The translations under genes and the position numbers were made by a program. A stretch of DNA of 63,991 nucleotides, counting the filler, from Mitosporidium daphniae (taxonomy: Eukaryota), in the NCBI RefSeq assembly GCF_000760515.2. It is 7 parts of 7 records of this genome, joined end to end, with 100 filler letters (N's around TTAATTAATTAA, not from the genome) between each part and the next. Parts side by side here need not be neighbours in the genome. Positions count along the whole stretch, not along the records: positions 19,483 to 29,009 come from NW_013546674.1; positions 29,110 to 38,515 come from NW_013546673.1; 5 more parts are not named here. One strand, given 5' to 3'. Shown here piece after piece: positions 20,754-32,426 of the stretch. How positions within the stretch are numbered: position 1 is the first letter of the stretch; each line of letters starts with the position of its first letter. The notes under the pieces are model-generated. The model made no database searches and had not been told where the DNA came from. It was given only the letters and a program-made list of their open reading frames with translations.

Positions 20754-23528
20754 CTATGTGCAATTTTCGTCCAAAAATATCGTTGGCAGGCCTATGGTGG
20801 ACCATTTGGATGGGCTTTCCCTCGCCTCCCAGTAGCCGCCAAGGTATTTCCAGGCAATTGGAAAGATTTTATCGACACTGCTATAGTGTTTCTCGGTGTT
20901 TTTGACAAACCAAATTGGACTTTGATGGCTTTCAGCTCCCTTTCGTTTTCTCTGGCGCTTTTCAAGCGATTCTTTAAGCGAAATTCCGTCTTCCAATCGA
21001 CCATCCTCAAGGGCTCGTTGATCAAGACGCCAGCGACTATCTGTTGGTGCAATTGCATCCCCAAGCTCTGGTGTAAGCTCATTTAATGACATTGCAAAGG
21101 AAGTAAAGTGAAACATCGAGGAGGACCACTCTGGGCGTTCATTTGCACGCCATATTATGAATTTTTCGGCATCCAAAGGAACATTGTTGACAAGAGGAAA
21201 TGCCCAGATCGATGAATACCATGCACCTTCGATGATGAACGATGGAGGGTTGATTTTGGAGCCACCCTCTGGAGACGGAGGGAAAACATGCCCACGGACA
21301 TTGTGAATTTCGGAATTACTTTGATGCGACGAATCGGACATGAAGACCAATCTGCAGTGGTAGCCATTAGAATGGCAGGTGATATCCATCTCTCCGGAAT
21401 GGTCCATACGCATTTTCCCAATAAATATGTTGTGTATGTTGCTGGTCACTCGCTTCCAGCTATAAACCTCCTGGACTCCACAGGGCAAAGTGATAATCAG
21501 CCGATTGGATCCGGCAGGAATCAGGCTGATGTATTTTCCCCAAAAGGACATTTTCACGCGTGTTTCTGATTCGAAAATCCAGCCGTTGCCTTCTGCGACA
21601 GAAGCTGCGATTGGCGGATGATGGGAGACCTGTTCTGAAATATACCTGAATGCCACACGAGGGGGGCTAGATTTCTGGTCTCGATAAACCAGTTCGTATG
21701 TTTCATGTAGCAGGGGATTGAACGGCTTTCCTAGCCTACCGCCACTAGTGGTAGAGTAAACTGATAGGGCAAAGGCCGAAATGAGCAAAAGACGGCGTTC
21801 TGGGAGAGGCTCGGTAATGGATTGTTCAATCAGCTCCCAATATTCCATATCCTCGGCTACTCGCTGAAGCATTGAAAGTGGCTCATTAAATTGGATGGGA
21901 ACGCATAGTTTTGTAAGATCCTTTCCAATTGCTTGACGAAGGACAGACCAAACAGAGACTGTGGATAGGTCTATTGAGGCGAATCCGGGAAGCCGATTTC
22001 GGGGTGTTAAAGGGTACCCGATTGCACTTTTAGAAAGGTTATCTGGAAGACACTCGATTTCTGTTTTTGAAGAGGCAACAACCTCAGAAGCTTCGGTAAT
22101 TTCTAAGCCCACAGATAGCTCATTGATACTGAATTCCGCTTTAGGAGACGATTTATAATTTTGACATTCAAAAAATAGATCGTCTCCAGAGCTTGACATG
22201 TCTGAATCAATGGAGCCTGCGTTTGAAGAACCCTCGGTCAATGTTAAAGAGTATGCATCGGTTTCTTTGTTTTCTTCGCTTTCTTCTGGTTCTTCTGGTT
22301 CTTCTGTTTCTTCGCTTTCAGGAACAATCTTTTCGCGATATTTAAATCCCACTTCACTTGCACGTAATTCATCGACCGAAGATGAAGCTTGACTTGGCAT
22401 CGTTTGGAAGGCAAGCCAACGAAGCTTTTCTTTCAAACACGCTATTTGATCTGCATGCAATCTAAGCTCTTCCTCCCTACATGACTTGAGCAAAAATAGC
22501 AGCTCCCTAATCGTTTGAAAGGTAAACTTTGTAATGGTCTCCGTGTTGCAAATGGCAATCAAATCGTGAAAAATTCCATCCCAGTCTTTAGACAGGACAG
22601 CAGACGAGGGTCTTTGGCCAAAAAAGGGATGCGATGGTGTCATCAACGGACAGGTAACATCCCGTGAAAATGGGCTTGAATTTGCGGAAGAAGGACGGGA
22701 AGATTTCGAGCTAACCCTTGCAAGCAGAGATATCCATTGGAAAGATTGCTCGTTGGTATCCGCCTTTAAGTGCCAAATCGAGAACTTTGGCTCAAGCTCC
22801 CTCTTATCCAATGGCAGCTCTTTGTCTGCGCTTCGGTGCTTGCTGCCTTTGGGCTTAATGATTATAATGTCAAATTTCAAAGGTGCATTGCGCTCGATCG
22901 TCGATGAAGTAGCGGAGGCCGACAAAAACGATCCCGTTGGATTCAAAGGAAGCAAAATCTTTAATCTTGAAAGAGGGGCTACCGCTCTGGGCTTGTCTGG
23001 CCAATCGTGCTCGCTTTTATAGTAGGACAGAGTGTTGCGAATCGGATCGACAGAGAAAAATCGTTTGCGATAGCCGCCATAGTAGTTGGTCCACTTTTGC
23101 AAATATCCAGAGTAAAAGTCCTGGCTGCACGTTTCCGGATCACTCACTGAATTTTCGGTATCAGATGACTCCTTGTCCTCAAAAAGCTCGGCCATCAACC
23201 TATCGCTAGGGAAGCCCGGTTCTACTGATGGTTCTAGATCAAGATTCTGAGAACTCTGCATCTGAAGCATGGGCTCTGAAACGGAATTTGTGGAGTACCC
23301 ATTGACTAGCCCCATAATGCCGTTTTTTGTTCCTTTGATGCCCTTGGAAACGGCCGAGAATAGATATGAAGTGGAGTTGACGGTGACCGATTTAGCGGCA
23401 CCAGAAATATTGTAGATTAATCTATGAGAATTTCGCAGCCGACTGCCCTTCTTTATTGAATCGCCCTCCTCGTCCTCAAAATTATTTTGATTGTTTTTGA
23501 GGCCAACGAGAGATTGACATTGAGACAT
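20754..23528 (-). CDS. Oxysterol-binding protein (PH + FFAT-like + ORD; Osh1/2/3-type)
   Basis: PH domain GYLQKWTNY..GYRKRFF; DDLFFEC FFAT-like; GKDLTK, NEPLSMLQR, KPFNPLL, EQVSHHPP, PTDSRWR. Confidence 0.95.
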   Translation of the reverse strand: MSQCQSLVGLKNNQNNFEDEEGDSIKKGSRLRNSHRLIYNISGAAKSVTVNSTSYLFSAVSKGIKGTKNGIMGLVNGYSTNSVSEPMLQMQSSQNLDLEPSVEPGFPSDRLMAELFEDKESSDTENSVSDPETCSQDFYSGYLQKWTNYYGGYRKRFFSVDPIRNTLSYYKSEHDWPDKPRAVAPLSRLKILLPLNPTGSFLSASATSSTIERNAPLKFDIIIIKPKGSKHRSADKELPLDKRELEPKFSIWHLKADTNEQSFQWISLLARVSSKSSRPSSANSSPFSRDVTCPLMTPSHPFFGQRPSSAVLSKDWDGIFHDLIAICNTETITKFTFQTIRELLFLLKSCREEELRLHADQIACLKEKLRWLAFQTMPSQASSSVDELRASEVGFKYREKIVPESEETEEPEEPEESEENKETDAYSLTLTEGSSNAGSIDSDMSSSGDDLFFECQNYKSSPKAEFSINELSVGLEITEASEVVASSKTEIECLPDNLSKSAIGYPLTPRNRLPGFASIDLSTVSVWSVLRQAIGKDLTKLCVPIQFNEPLSMLQRVAEDMEYWELIEQSITEPLPERRLLLISAFALSVYSTTSGGRLGKPFNPLLHETYELVYRDQKSSPPRVAFRYISEQVSHHPPIAASVAEGNGWIFESETRVKMSFWGKYISLIPAGSNRLIITLPCGVQEVYSWKRVTSNIHNIFIGKMRMDHSGEMDITCHSNGYHCRLVFMSDSSHQSNSEIHNVRGHVFPPSPEGGSKINPPSFIIEGAWYSSIWAFPLVNNVPLDAEKFIIWRANERPEWSSSMFHFTSFAMSLNELTPELGDAIAPTDSRWRLDQRALEDGRLEDGISLKESLEKRQRKRKGAESHQSPIWFVKNTEKHYSSVDKIFPIAWKYLGGYWEARESPSKWSTIGLPTIFLDENCT

Positions 23529-23569
23529 AATGCAAATGAATTTAAAATTTTAATAGTTTAAATTAGAAT

Positions 23570-24727
23570 TTAAAACGGTAGCGAGTTGAACAATTGCGAC
23601 ATCTTTTCCTCGGTCCATTCTGAATGGAACGGCCTGGGAGCCATGAAATTTTCAAGTTTGCTATGCGTTTCATAGCTTAGAAGTCTTCCTTTGCTAGCTT
23701 TATGAACAGGTTTCCTCTCTTGATCTAACCTACCAATCGACCTCTTGGCAGCATTGGCATTTTTGCTTGAGGATAGTTTGGCATCAATAATATCTTTCAA
23801 AAGTTGTTGATAAAACTTCGAGTCAGCGATAAATAATAAGGGATCCTTTGACGGCTTATAAGACTTTAACGAGTAAGTAACGGAGCCCGAGAACCCCTGG
23901 TTCAAAACCTGTAGGTTTTTATTGGAGGAATTTCTCCCTGGCCTCTGAAAAGATATGTGCGATTTCGACCACCAGGAATCATATAAAGCCAAAAGATCGG
24001 GTTCTTTTAGCGTAGATATTTGCTTCATATACTCCCATAGGTCCTCAATAGATAAAAAGGTTCGTTTCTTTTCAATTCGTCCACCGACCCCTTTTTCGTT
24101 AATTTCAAGAGCAATTGGGATCATTTGTAACAGCATGGGGACTGCTGCAGTGAGGTTTGCACTGTGCATTTGCACAAAAATCTTTTGCAATAAAATTCGG
24201 AGCGTAAATAAGTCATCGATGAATGCCAATTGGTCTCTCAGGCAATTTGCTTTAACCAGATCGTCTTTCCTTTTAAGTAACAAGTCGGGTTTGCAAACAT
24301 TTTTTTCGGAAGCGCTGCTCTGCATCGATTTAAACCGCTTAAATACATCTCCTGAAGCTTGGTCATCATCGTCGTCATCGTCGTCGTCATGATTGCTTTC
24401 AAAATGCTCTTCACTGTCTTCGTGGGAAAAGCTTGCGTCTGAATGTATTTCGGGCAAATTTAGCTCGATGACATTTGCTTTTTTTCCTTTATACCTCGGA
24501 TGGGTGAGAAGGCTATCTGCCGGGTTTCTCAATGAGCTTCCATGCTCGAGGTCCTTCAAATTATGTTTTTCAAGCAAGAAATCTTCAGAATCTGATATGC
24601 CGTTTTCAGACTCAAATGAAGAAGATAGCTCCTCGCCACTTGTCCCTATATGGGGAAAAGCATCATCTGAATCAATGAGCTCATCTTTTAAACGGGTCCC
24701 CCTGTAATTATTTTTTGAGTATTTCAT
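23570..24727 (-). CDS. BFR2: AATF/Bfr2 nucleolar protein
   Basis: RYKGKK, acidic tract, LRILLQK, DSKFYQQLLKDII, KASKGRLLSYETHSKLENFMAP. Confidence 0.92.
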   Translation of the reverse strand: MKYSKNNYRGTRLKDELIDSDDAFPHIGTSGEELSSSFESENGISDSEDFLLEKHNLKDLEHGSSLRNPADSLLTHPRYKGKKANVIELNLPEIHSDASFSHEDSEEHFESNHDDDDDDDDDQASGDVFKRFKSMQSSASEKNVCKPDLLLKRKDDLVKANCLRDQLAFIDDLFTLRILLQKIFVQMHSANLTAAVPMLLQMIPIALEINEKGVGGRIEKKRTFLSIEDLWEYMKQISTLKEPDLLALYDSWWSKSHISFQRPGRNSSNKNLQVLNQGFSGSVTYSLKSYKPSKDPLLFIADSKFYQQLLKDIIDAKLSSSKNANAAKRSIGRLDQERKPVHKASKGRLLSYETHSKLENFMAPRPFHSEWTEEKMSQLFNSLPF

Positions 24728-24760
24728 TAAAAAAATTTAAAATTTAAGATTTTATTAATT

Positions 24761-25682
24761 ATGCCACCCAGAACGAGGCCCAATTATTCAGATGACGAGA
24801 CCATAGTTGAGGAAAAGCCAATAGTGAAGAAAGTTCCAACCTTTAAAAACAATGCGTTAGAAAAAATGCAATCCAAATCATCCACATCATATCCCCTTGC
24901 TGATGAGAAAGAGCCGTCTATCGAAAAAGTGCCTGTGGATGACTCTGCCTCAGGGAATAGATTCGACAAATACAGGGAAGAATTAAAACGGGAAAAAAGA
25001 GAAGAATACGAGACCCCGCACGACAGGGATTCCAGGGCTATTTTAATGAAAAGGCACAAACTTAACAAGGTTTTGACAGGAAAAGAGGATGTTTATCTCG
25101 GTGCTAATTACTACAAATCCTATCTCTCCAAGGAAGATACGGTTGCCGGAAATGCCACGTCACAGAAATACAAGTAGCGATTTAGCCATTTTATAGCGCT
25201 TAGGGCCGGACCGATGCGCCTTTCTTCAACAAATCGAATCTCATGTAGATTTGATTTTCGACCTGATGTTTGCAAGGATTACAAGGAAACCGGCTCGTGC
25301 GGGTTTGGGGACTCGTGCATATATATACACGATCGCAGCGATTATAAAAGCGGTTGGCAGCTTGAGGAAGAGTGGACCCCTACTCTCCCCGAACTCAAAG
25401 CCCCCAATATGGACACGCTTCAAAAGCCAGAAGAAGCTTGCAAAAAGGGATCTCCGACAGAATGCCCTATTTGTAATGGCCCTTTAAAGGACCCGGTTGT
25501 GACAAAGTAAGATTCTGCATCTTTCTTATTGCAGATGTTTGCACGTTTTTTGCGAGCCATGTGCAATGTCTCATTTCAAACGATGTGTTGATGGAACTTG
25601 CTTCTCGTGTAGTTTAAAAACAGATGGTCTATTCAGACCCTATTCTTCCAAAGCAAAACCCCTCTCGAGGCCGTTGATATGA
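24761..25682 (+). CDS. CWC24: Splicing factor Cwc24/RNF113 (CCCH + RING), 2 introns
   Basis: AGPMR..., DFRPDVCKDYKETGSCGFGDSCIYIHDRSDYKSGWQL, CPIC...PVVTK|CLHVFCEPCA. Confidence 0.95.
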
Positions 25683-25737
25683 TGTGATATGCTGTGCTGT
25701 GCTATGATATCATACATTTATTATTCAGGCGCTGCAG

Positions 25738-26481
25738 TTAAGCCTTTGCAGGCCTCTCAAAGGCTGCTTGGTTTTTCATCACGGCGATCCAGGGAGTTAT
25801 TCGCTTATAATACTGTAACACACGTATCGATTGAACCACGATAAACATCTAACATTAAAAATCGCTCAATACCTCGACAAGTAACTGGCATGTCACGATG
25901 GAGAAAAAAACACCGAAAAGCAATGTTTTATGCGTTGTGCACTCTTCGAATTCCACATTGTCCCAATCAAACAAATTTTGCAGCAACTTGCAGGCAGAAA
26001 TATCCCCCATAAGGGAAATCGAAAGCACAGAGAGCGCAGAAAAGATGGCCAGCTGAGTTGCTTGGTAACCAATCGATATCAGCAAGGCCCTTTTGTTGCG
26101 TGCCTTTAAAGCAAACAATCCTATGCTGGCAACGACGAAATTAAGCAAGGACAGACAAAGAACGGAGGGCACAGCACCACTAGTTGAAAGGCCTGCAGAA
26201 AAAAGGAAAAAATAAACACTGGAAAATAAATCAAAGATGAGCGCATAAAAAAGAACCGATTCGGAATAAACGTATGAGAATAGCGTTCGAGGTCTTTTAA
26301 TGTTTAATCCATCCAGAAACGACAGTTCATCGTTATTGAACTGATTGGAAAACACACAGGGCAGAGGGGTATATTTGAATCTATTTAAAAATAGCATGTC
26401 TGCGCTAAAATCTATACTGGCGCAAGAATAAAATACTTTTTCAGGCTGAAACGTAGTATTCAATAAGAACGTGTCTTTCAT
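25738..26481 (-). CDS. Multi-pass membrane protein (4-TM, tetraspanin-like topology), 1 intron
   Basis: Four hydrophobic segments with a Cys-containing loop; GT-AG intron at about 25850-25873 gives the terminal exon. Confidence 0.55.
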
Positions 26482-26569
26482 GCATTACCAATTAGAATAG
26501 GGGAAATGATAAGGTTTCCAATTTAGGAAAAAATGTTTTTAAATAAAAATTAAATTATATATCTCACAA

Positions 26570-26642
26570 GGGGGATTAGCTCAAATGGTAGAGCGCTCGC
26601 TTAGCATGCGAGAGGCACGGGGATCGATACCCCGATTCTCCA
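26570..26642 (+). tRNA. tRNA-Ala (AGC)
   Basis: GGGGGATTAGCTCAAATGGTAGAGCGCTCGCTTAGCATGCGAGAGG...GATCGATACCCCGATTCTCCA; cloverleaf with G3:U70 and AGC anticodon. Confidence 0.97.
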
Positions 26643-26773
26643 TTTAAAATTTTTACAATTGACAGCTAAATTGCACCTAAATTTATGGCCACAAATAAGG
26701 AAGGGCCTCTTGTCTCTTCTGCCAATGTTTTTCTGCTCGGTCTCCAGTTAATGTGAAACGAATATTTTTGGAT

Positions 26774-28564
26774 TTAGTAATTTTTCATAACTCCAAGGGA
26801 TCTATATTCTTGCTCTCTAATTTCAAACATAATCTGCACAGCCGCATATGCCGTAATAAAAGACCAACACAAAAAAACAACTCCTACGAAAGTTAAAGGC
26901 CGACATTACCATCATAAGAAAGGGCACTTTTTAAAATGATCATTACCCCGTCAACTCCCACGCAAAACCCAACAAGATTTGCAATGCTCATAAGATATAA
27001 ATTAAAAGCCCCGGCAATTCCAGCATGAATTCTATATGAATTCCACGATTCCGCCTTAAAGGTTAAAAGCGGATGCACATACATTTAACATTTTGCTCAA
27101 ATATGCAAGGATTAGCTCAGGAGCAATAAATAAGGATATTAGCCAGCCCCAAACCAAAAGACTTAAAGTTCTATCGTGCCATATGGCGACAAAAGTAAAT
27201 ATAACCCAAATGTTGAGAGTAGCATACTGGGAGCCACCCAATGGAATGTAGATGTACCTTACAATCCACTGGTTAAAAGACCGATGCCATGATCTCCAAA
27301 ACGCGAGGCCGCTATAGTTATTGCTCATGCAGCGAATCATGTTTTCGGGCGCATCTATGCCATCGACAAGTGCCCAAAATCTCGCAAATCTCCATATGAT
27401 TAGCAGCTAGCATGAAATGGCATCAATTACCTTCAGCCAGATTAGTTTTAGATTCAAATATCCAATACAGAACATATCGAGCGTAGAAAACCCATCCCAA
27501 GCGCGCATGTTTTTTATAGCAACAACATAAAAATTATGCATAATCCATTCCATAACCAAAATTGAGATTAAGAGCCGAATCAAGTACCATGCTTTGTACT
27601 TCGATGAAATCAAAATGGGCGCCTTCAGTTGACAACAAAAATTGTTGAAGGTGATAATTGGTCCAGACAGAAAAAGTGGTGTGTACAGCAAATAGGAAAA
27701 GTAGTTGCACACATTGTAGCTATCCAGCTCGAGGCTCGTGGTGGAACGAATTTTACCACAATAAGAAAGAGATTCTTGACACTCTGCACACGAACGAATA
27801 TGCTTCTAAGATAAGGAAAAATAGCGTCACACTACCATATTAGCGATCGAAGTTTGCGAAGAGGTAGCTCTGGGGCTAATCAATGCATAGTAATAGTCTA
27901 AATTGAAGGAAATCATTCGCAAGACGGAGATATTGTAGATAATCCACCATCGATGATATGCTCCCTTGAAAATATTTCTATCCAAAAAAGACAGATATCC
28001 CCAAGAAAGATTTGTGAATGATATCTGATTCCCTATCCACTCCAAACCAACCAAAGAGAGAAGAGCCCAACTCCACGTAAGAATGGGAATTAATTTGGGA
28101 AAATACCTTTGGCCAAGAAAGGTTATATAGTAGTTAACGAGCATGAACGAAATGATAAACACAGAATTGAGACCATGTAGAGCCAATAAGACAACCAGTC
28201 CTGCAAGAAACAAGTAAGATTCCCTCTTCAGAGCCTTTAGCCCTAAAGATAAGAGGCAAAAAATGCCCATCATTAGAGTCAAATTCAAAAAGTTGTTTCG
28301 AAACGCTGCAAATTGGGCGTCAGAATTGTCCACAAATGGGCCCATCCACCCTCTACTAAGCAGATGCTCCAGTTTGTCAAAATTTGGATTGCTAATGGGA
28401 GATGACACTTTCCATCCTGAAAATGTTATCTTATAGGCGGCAAACAGTATAAGGGCATAGTAGATAAAAAATTCACACGAAAGCCATCTTGCCCTGGGTT
28501 TCTCTTTATGGATTGCCTCTTCTAAATGATACTCGCTATGGGATGTCTGCGGTGTGTTTATCAT
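26774..28564 (-). CDS. GUP1: MBOAT acyltransferase Gup1/HHAT-like, 4 introns
   Basis: [63 protein letters not shown]. Confidence 0.95.
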
Positions 28565-29009
28565 TAAAATCTGTAGAAATTTAATTAGTTCAGCCACTCC
28601 GTGCCACAATGGCATGCAATTTAGTAAAATTGTGAGATTTAAAATTTTCACCTTGCCATCCCGGGATGATGTTCACAATCCAACCCAGGTAGCCTGTTAT
28701 TCCGCACTTGAAAGTCTTGGATCTTGGCTTGATTGCTGAAACTTGTTTATCGAATTTATTGCTTTATGCGTCTTAAATTCTGGAAGTTTCAATCAGATAT
28801 CCCTTTGGGTTTTCCTAAAGTAAAGTGTAAGGCATTGAAAGCAAGCTTACCCATAAGTATTCCATAATTCGATTGAAATCATGGTTCTCCTCAATTTTTG
28901 GAGCGTCCGGAATGAGGGGCTCTTCCACACAAATGATTTTTGTATATACGCCAAAGAGCTCCGATAGGTCTTCGCAATTGTTTGTAGTCTCGTATATTTC
29001 TCCATCAAA

Positions 29010-29109
29010 NNNNNNNNNNNNNNNNNNNNNNNNNNNNNNNNNNNNNNNNNNNNTTAATTAATTAANNNNNNNNNNNNNNNNNNNNNNNNNNNNNNNNNNN
29101 NNNNNNNNN
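29010..29109. other. Artificial contig linker
   Basis: N44-TTAATTAATTAA-N44. Confidence 0.98.
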
Positions 29110-30177
29110 TTCCAATGAAATTCGCTTTCCTCAAACCGACCAATGGGCACATGTGGCGCACATATAAAGCCCGTGATTTCTCGTCATTTTCAGCAGCCAT
29201 TTCATCACATGGATCAAGAGTCTCAACATGCAATCGCCCAAACTCAATGCCTTTGTGGGCCAAGTTATAACCCATTCTGCCAAGATGAGCACCGTCGCCA
29301 CACCACGCTTTGCGAATTCAAGTTTCTATCTCAAGAGATAAACATTTGCCTAAAAATCTTTGATTATCATAACCAGGAGCTTGATCTTGCACTCCTGGAA
29401 AAGTATAGGGATAAGATCCACCGCTTCCTTGATCTCTATCATTACTATTCCAACTTTATGGAAACCGATTACTCTCCTGTAGCGAATATTTTCGAGCCCG
29501 ATGCTTTTGATTCTTTGGACGTATTGATTGATGGAATTGCCTCTTCATTCGTGCTAATTAAAAACATTGCTTCCTTGTTATTGTTATTGCTACTATCGAT
29601 CGGGGCTTCCTTTTTCTCTGACCTCATTGAGGTTGTAAAGGTAACCGATCCTTTTGTTTTTCTCTAGTCTCTACTCAAATGCAAAACACAAGGCGGTCAA
29701 TGCAATGCCAAATCCTCTTCTTGTTATCGAGGATTCCGTTTTCATAACCTTTACAGCGCGCATGGCTTTAGTTCATCTGTTTGTAGTGAAAAAGAACGCA
29801 GCTTATCATTTCATTTAAGCAGCAAACGTCCAAAAAGAAAAAGATATCCGTTTTACTTTGATCAGCGCGAATTAAAAAGGGGCCGAATCGTGGCTATTTC
29901 ATACTTTAATTCCACCGAGCTAATTGTGAATGCGGATACCAAATATGCCGCGAAAAAACAAACGCTCTTACTATGAGTGTTTTAACCTTACCAATTGAAT
30001 GCTTGAATAAAAATATCATCTTACCCTCGTTGGATAAATAACCGATTCGTTGAATTGTTGGAACATTTTATGATGTAAATTAATTAATCAATTATTTATT
30101 TATTTCCAATTTACAAAGAATTTGCTCAAGTCGGTCTGGTGGAGTTGTAAATTTACAGTTTTTATTTTTTATTGTTG

Positions 30178-30633
30178 ATGGCAAATCAGTGGTGTACAGA
30201 GACGATTTCTTCTCAAGATGCCTCTATGCCAGCAGAAGCACCGCCATCGTTGATGGATGCAAACCGAGGAGTTAGGGCAAAAAGAATAATGGGACATCTT
30301 ATTGGAACGCTTTCCAAGTGTAAAGAAGAGTTAATTGCGCGAGAAGAGTTAATTTCCAAACGCTCTCAACTAGAGGAACGTGCCTGTTTGAAGCGAAAGT
30401 CACAGGAAGAGTCGGAAAATATTCAAAAAACCCTATTAAGGCACCGGCGTTTGCAGGAAGAAAAGGAGAAAAGGGCAAAAATCGAAAAAGAACATCGAGA
30501 TGCCGAACTTTGCTCGCTGAAAGAAATGGAGGAGGAGTGGAGTAGGCATCATCAGACGCTATCCAAGTTTTTAATAACCAAGCTCCCCCCACCGGCAGTA
30601 AACATTTACTACAAGCTGAAAAGAGCACTTTGA
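30178..30633 (+). CDS. Pinin/SDK domain protein
   Basis: KRIMGHLIGTLSK (cf. RRIFGLLMGTLQK), KRSQLEER, FLITK...IYY. Confidence 0.8.
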   Translation: MANQWCTETISSQDASMPAEAPPSLMDANRGVRAKRIMGHLIGTLSKCKEELIAREELISKRSQLEERACLKRKSQEESENIQKTLLRHRRLQEEKEKRAKIEKEHRDAELCSLKEMEEEWSRHHQTLSKFLITKLPPPAVNIYYKLKRAL

Positions 30634-30709
30634 GAGAGATTCTTTTAAAGATTTATTGTATATTTTGAAAGATATTTTATTGAAAGAAAATAAAATCTTT
30701 AAATATGCT

Positions 30710-31442
30710 TTACATCATGGGGCAGCCTTGGGATTGGAAATCCGCGCCGATATTGTCAGAATTGTTGATGTTAAATAATGTTGGATCACCCCCGATGTCT
30801 CTGATAAGCTCATCCGGAGGACACCCACAATCCTGTATTTGGATCAATATATCGATCCCTTTATCTTCTATATTTGACTCTGGCTCATCAGAAGATGGCT
30901 GCTTTCTATCCCATAGGGCCATAAGTTCTCCCAAATAAGAATATTGAGCCTCGAAGCGGCATTTCTCATTTTCCACAAGCTGACAAGATGGGGTTGGACA
31001 TTCCTTTCTGTGTTCTGTTAGCCATTTGGGGTACTATTGATGGAATTAAATATGAACGCTTCACCTCATTGTGTAGATCGAGAAGTGGCGCATGCAATAG
31101 CTCGCGGCCTAATAGCTTAGAAAGCATGGTATCATATAAAAAGTCCTTTGGAGCATCACTGTTAATGTTGTTGTCCAATAGTAGATTTTTCAGCATTGCT
31201 TCAATGGCATCTTCCTCGCCTTTGGAGCCAAATGCGTCTCTGTTAATTTCGTTAAGGGTATCTTGAACACTGGAAAAATAATCATCGTCTGCCTGCTTAT
31301 AATTGGGGCCGGTAAATTCCTCATTTTCATCATCCCACTCTTGGAGAACATCAACTTGGTTTATCAAGGATGCTGCGGTCTTAGGATCAGGAGAGAGGAG
31401 GGGGGAGGTGTTTCCCACGTGGCTATCATCTTGAGCGGCCAT
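30710..31442 (-). CDS. PEX19: Peroxin Pex19, 1 intron
   Basis: MLSKLLGRELLHAPLLDLHNE|YPKWL...RFEAQ...IQDCGCPPDELI and the C-terminal CaaX CPMM*. Confidence 0.9.
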
Positions 31443-31513
31443 TGGAATTAAAATTAAAACTAAAATTAACATTGCACTGTGGCTAAAAATGCTAGCAACA
31501 AAAAATAGACCTA

Positions 31514-32374
31514 ATGATCTCCAATAAAAGGTCAATCCCAGGGGAGGGTCTGCCCTCTGTTTTATTATTTTTTGCCGTGATATGGATTCTTCCCGTGGCA
31601 ATATGGATTTCTCTTTTACGAAAGTTGACAGCCTTCTACTCTACACGCAGTTCAGTCCGCTACGATATCATTGAATCTTCTCTGCTTGCATGGAATTTTG
31701 AAAGAAAATCTCACGGGCCATTGTCCCAATATTTTTATCGCCAATCTGCGACGATAAATTCATCCAAAAAGCCTTCTTTAATTGTCCTTGTTATTGGGTC
31801 GTCTTTTTATTGCAATTCCTTGGGCCTTTTATGTGAGCGATTAAAATATATCCTATGTTCGTTGCTAGAAGCGAGGCCAAATTCGGCCTTTCTTTTTATT
31901 AGTGACGAATGGATTGATGCTGCCAAAATAGATTTCAGTAATGATACTGCTATCAAGTCTTTGGTGGACGAAACCACCGAAATATTTCAATATGCCGGTG
32001 ATTACGTGATTGCGGAAAAATACAACATAAACAATATCATCTCAGAGAAGGGCAATTTTGTTCCTTGCAGACTGTGCCTGCCATCCACACCCAAATCCAC
32101 GACCTCTTCATTGATGTCTTGTAAGGAAATATTGTGCATATTGACTAGCCTTGCTTTTAGGTTAATTACACAGCAATGGCCATATTCTTGTAGGGCTCGC
32201 TCGTACTGTCAACTTAGAGCTCAAATCGAACATGAATTCAAAACAAAAGTGGATGCTATTAACTTGCTTTGTGTACTTTTTTTTCGCCAATATGAACTTT
32301 TTCGTGAATTTTTGGCTGCTTTGAAAATCCTAACACTTTCGTGCATTCTTTTGTTCCTTTCTCCGATTTTGTAA
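31514..32374 (+). CDS. Hypothetical protein with terminal hydrophobic segments
   Basis: 286-aa ORF between PEX19 and SNF5; no family recognised. Confidence 0.55.
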   Translation: MISNKRSIPGEGLPSVLLFFAVIWILPVAIWISLLRKLTAFYSTRSSVRYDIIESSLLAWNFERKSHGPLSQYFYRQSATINSSKKPSLIVLVIGSSFYCNSLGLLCERLKYILCSLLEARPNSAFLFISDEWIDAAKIDFSNDTAIKSLVDETTEIFQYAGDYVIAEKYNINNIISEKGNFVPCRLCLPSTPKSTTSSLMSCKEILCILTSLAFRLITQQWPYSCRARSYCQLRAQIEHEFKTKVDAINLLCVLFFRQYELFREFLAALKILTLSCILLFLSPIL

Positions 32375-32426
32375 ATAAAATATCAATTAAGGTCAAAAAT
32401 AAGATGCTTTTACTGGATGAAATATT

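Noticed and set aside
28663..28740. Possible second C/D snoRNA (GATGATG...CTGA with ACAATCCAAC complementary to LSU rRNA)
   Set aside because: Imperfect box C, antisense element not adjacent to a D/D' box, and the region may be the 3' end of a minus-strand gene
29110..29700. Spliced minus-strand gene fragment (KRGGDGAHLGRMGYN)
   Set aside because: Probably coding, but truncated by the linker and I cannot assign frame or family
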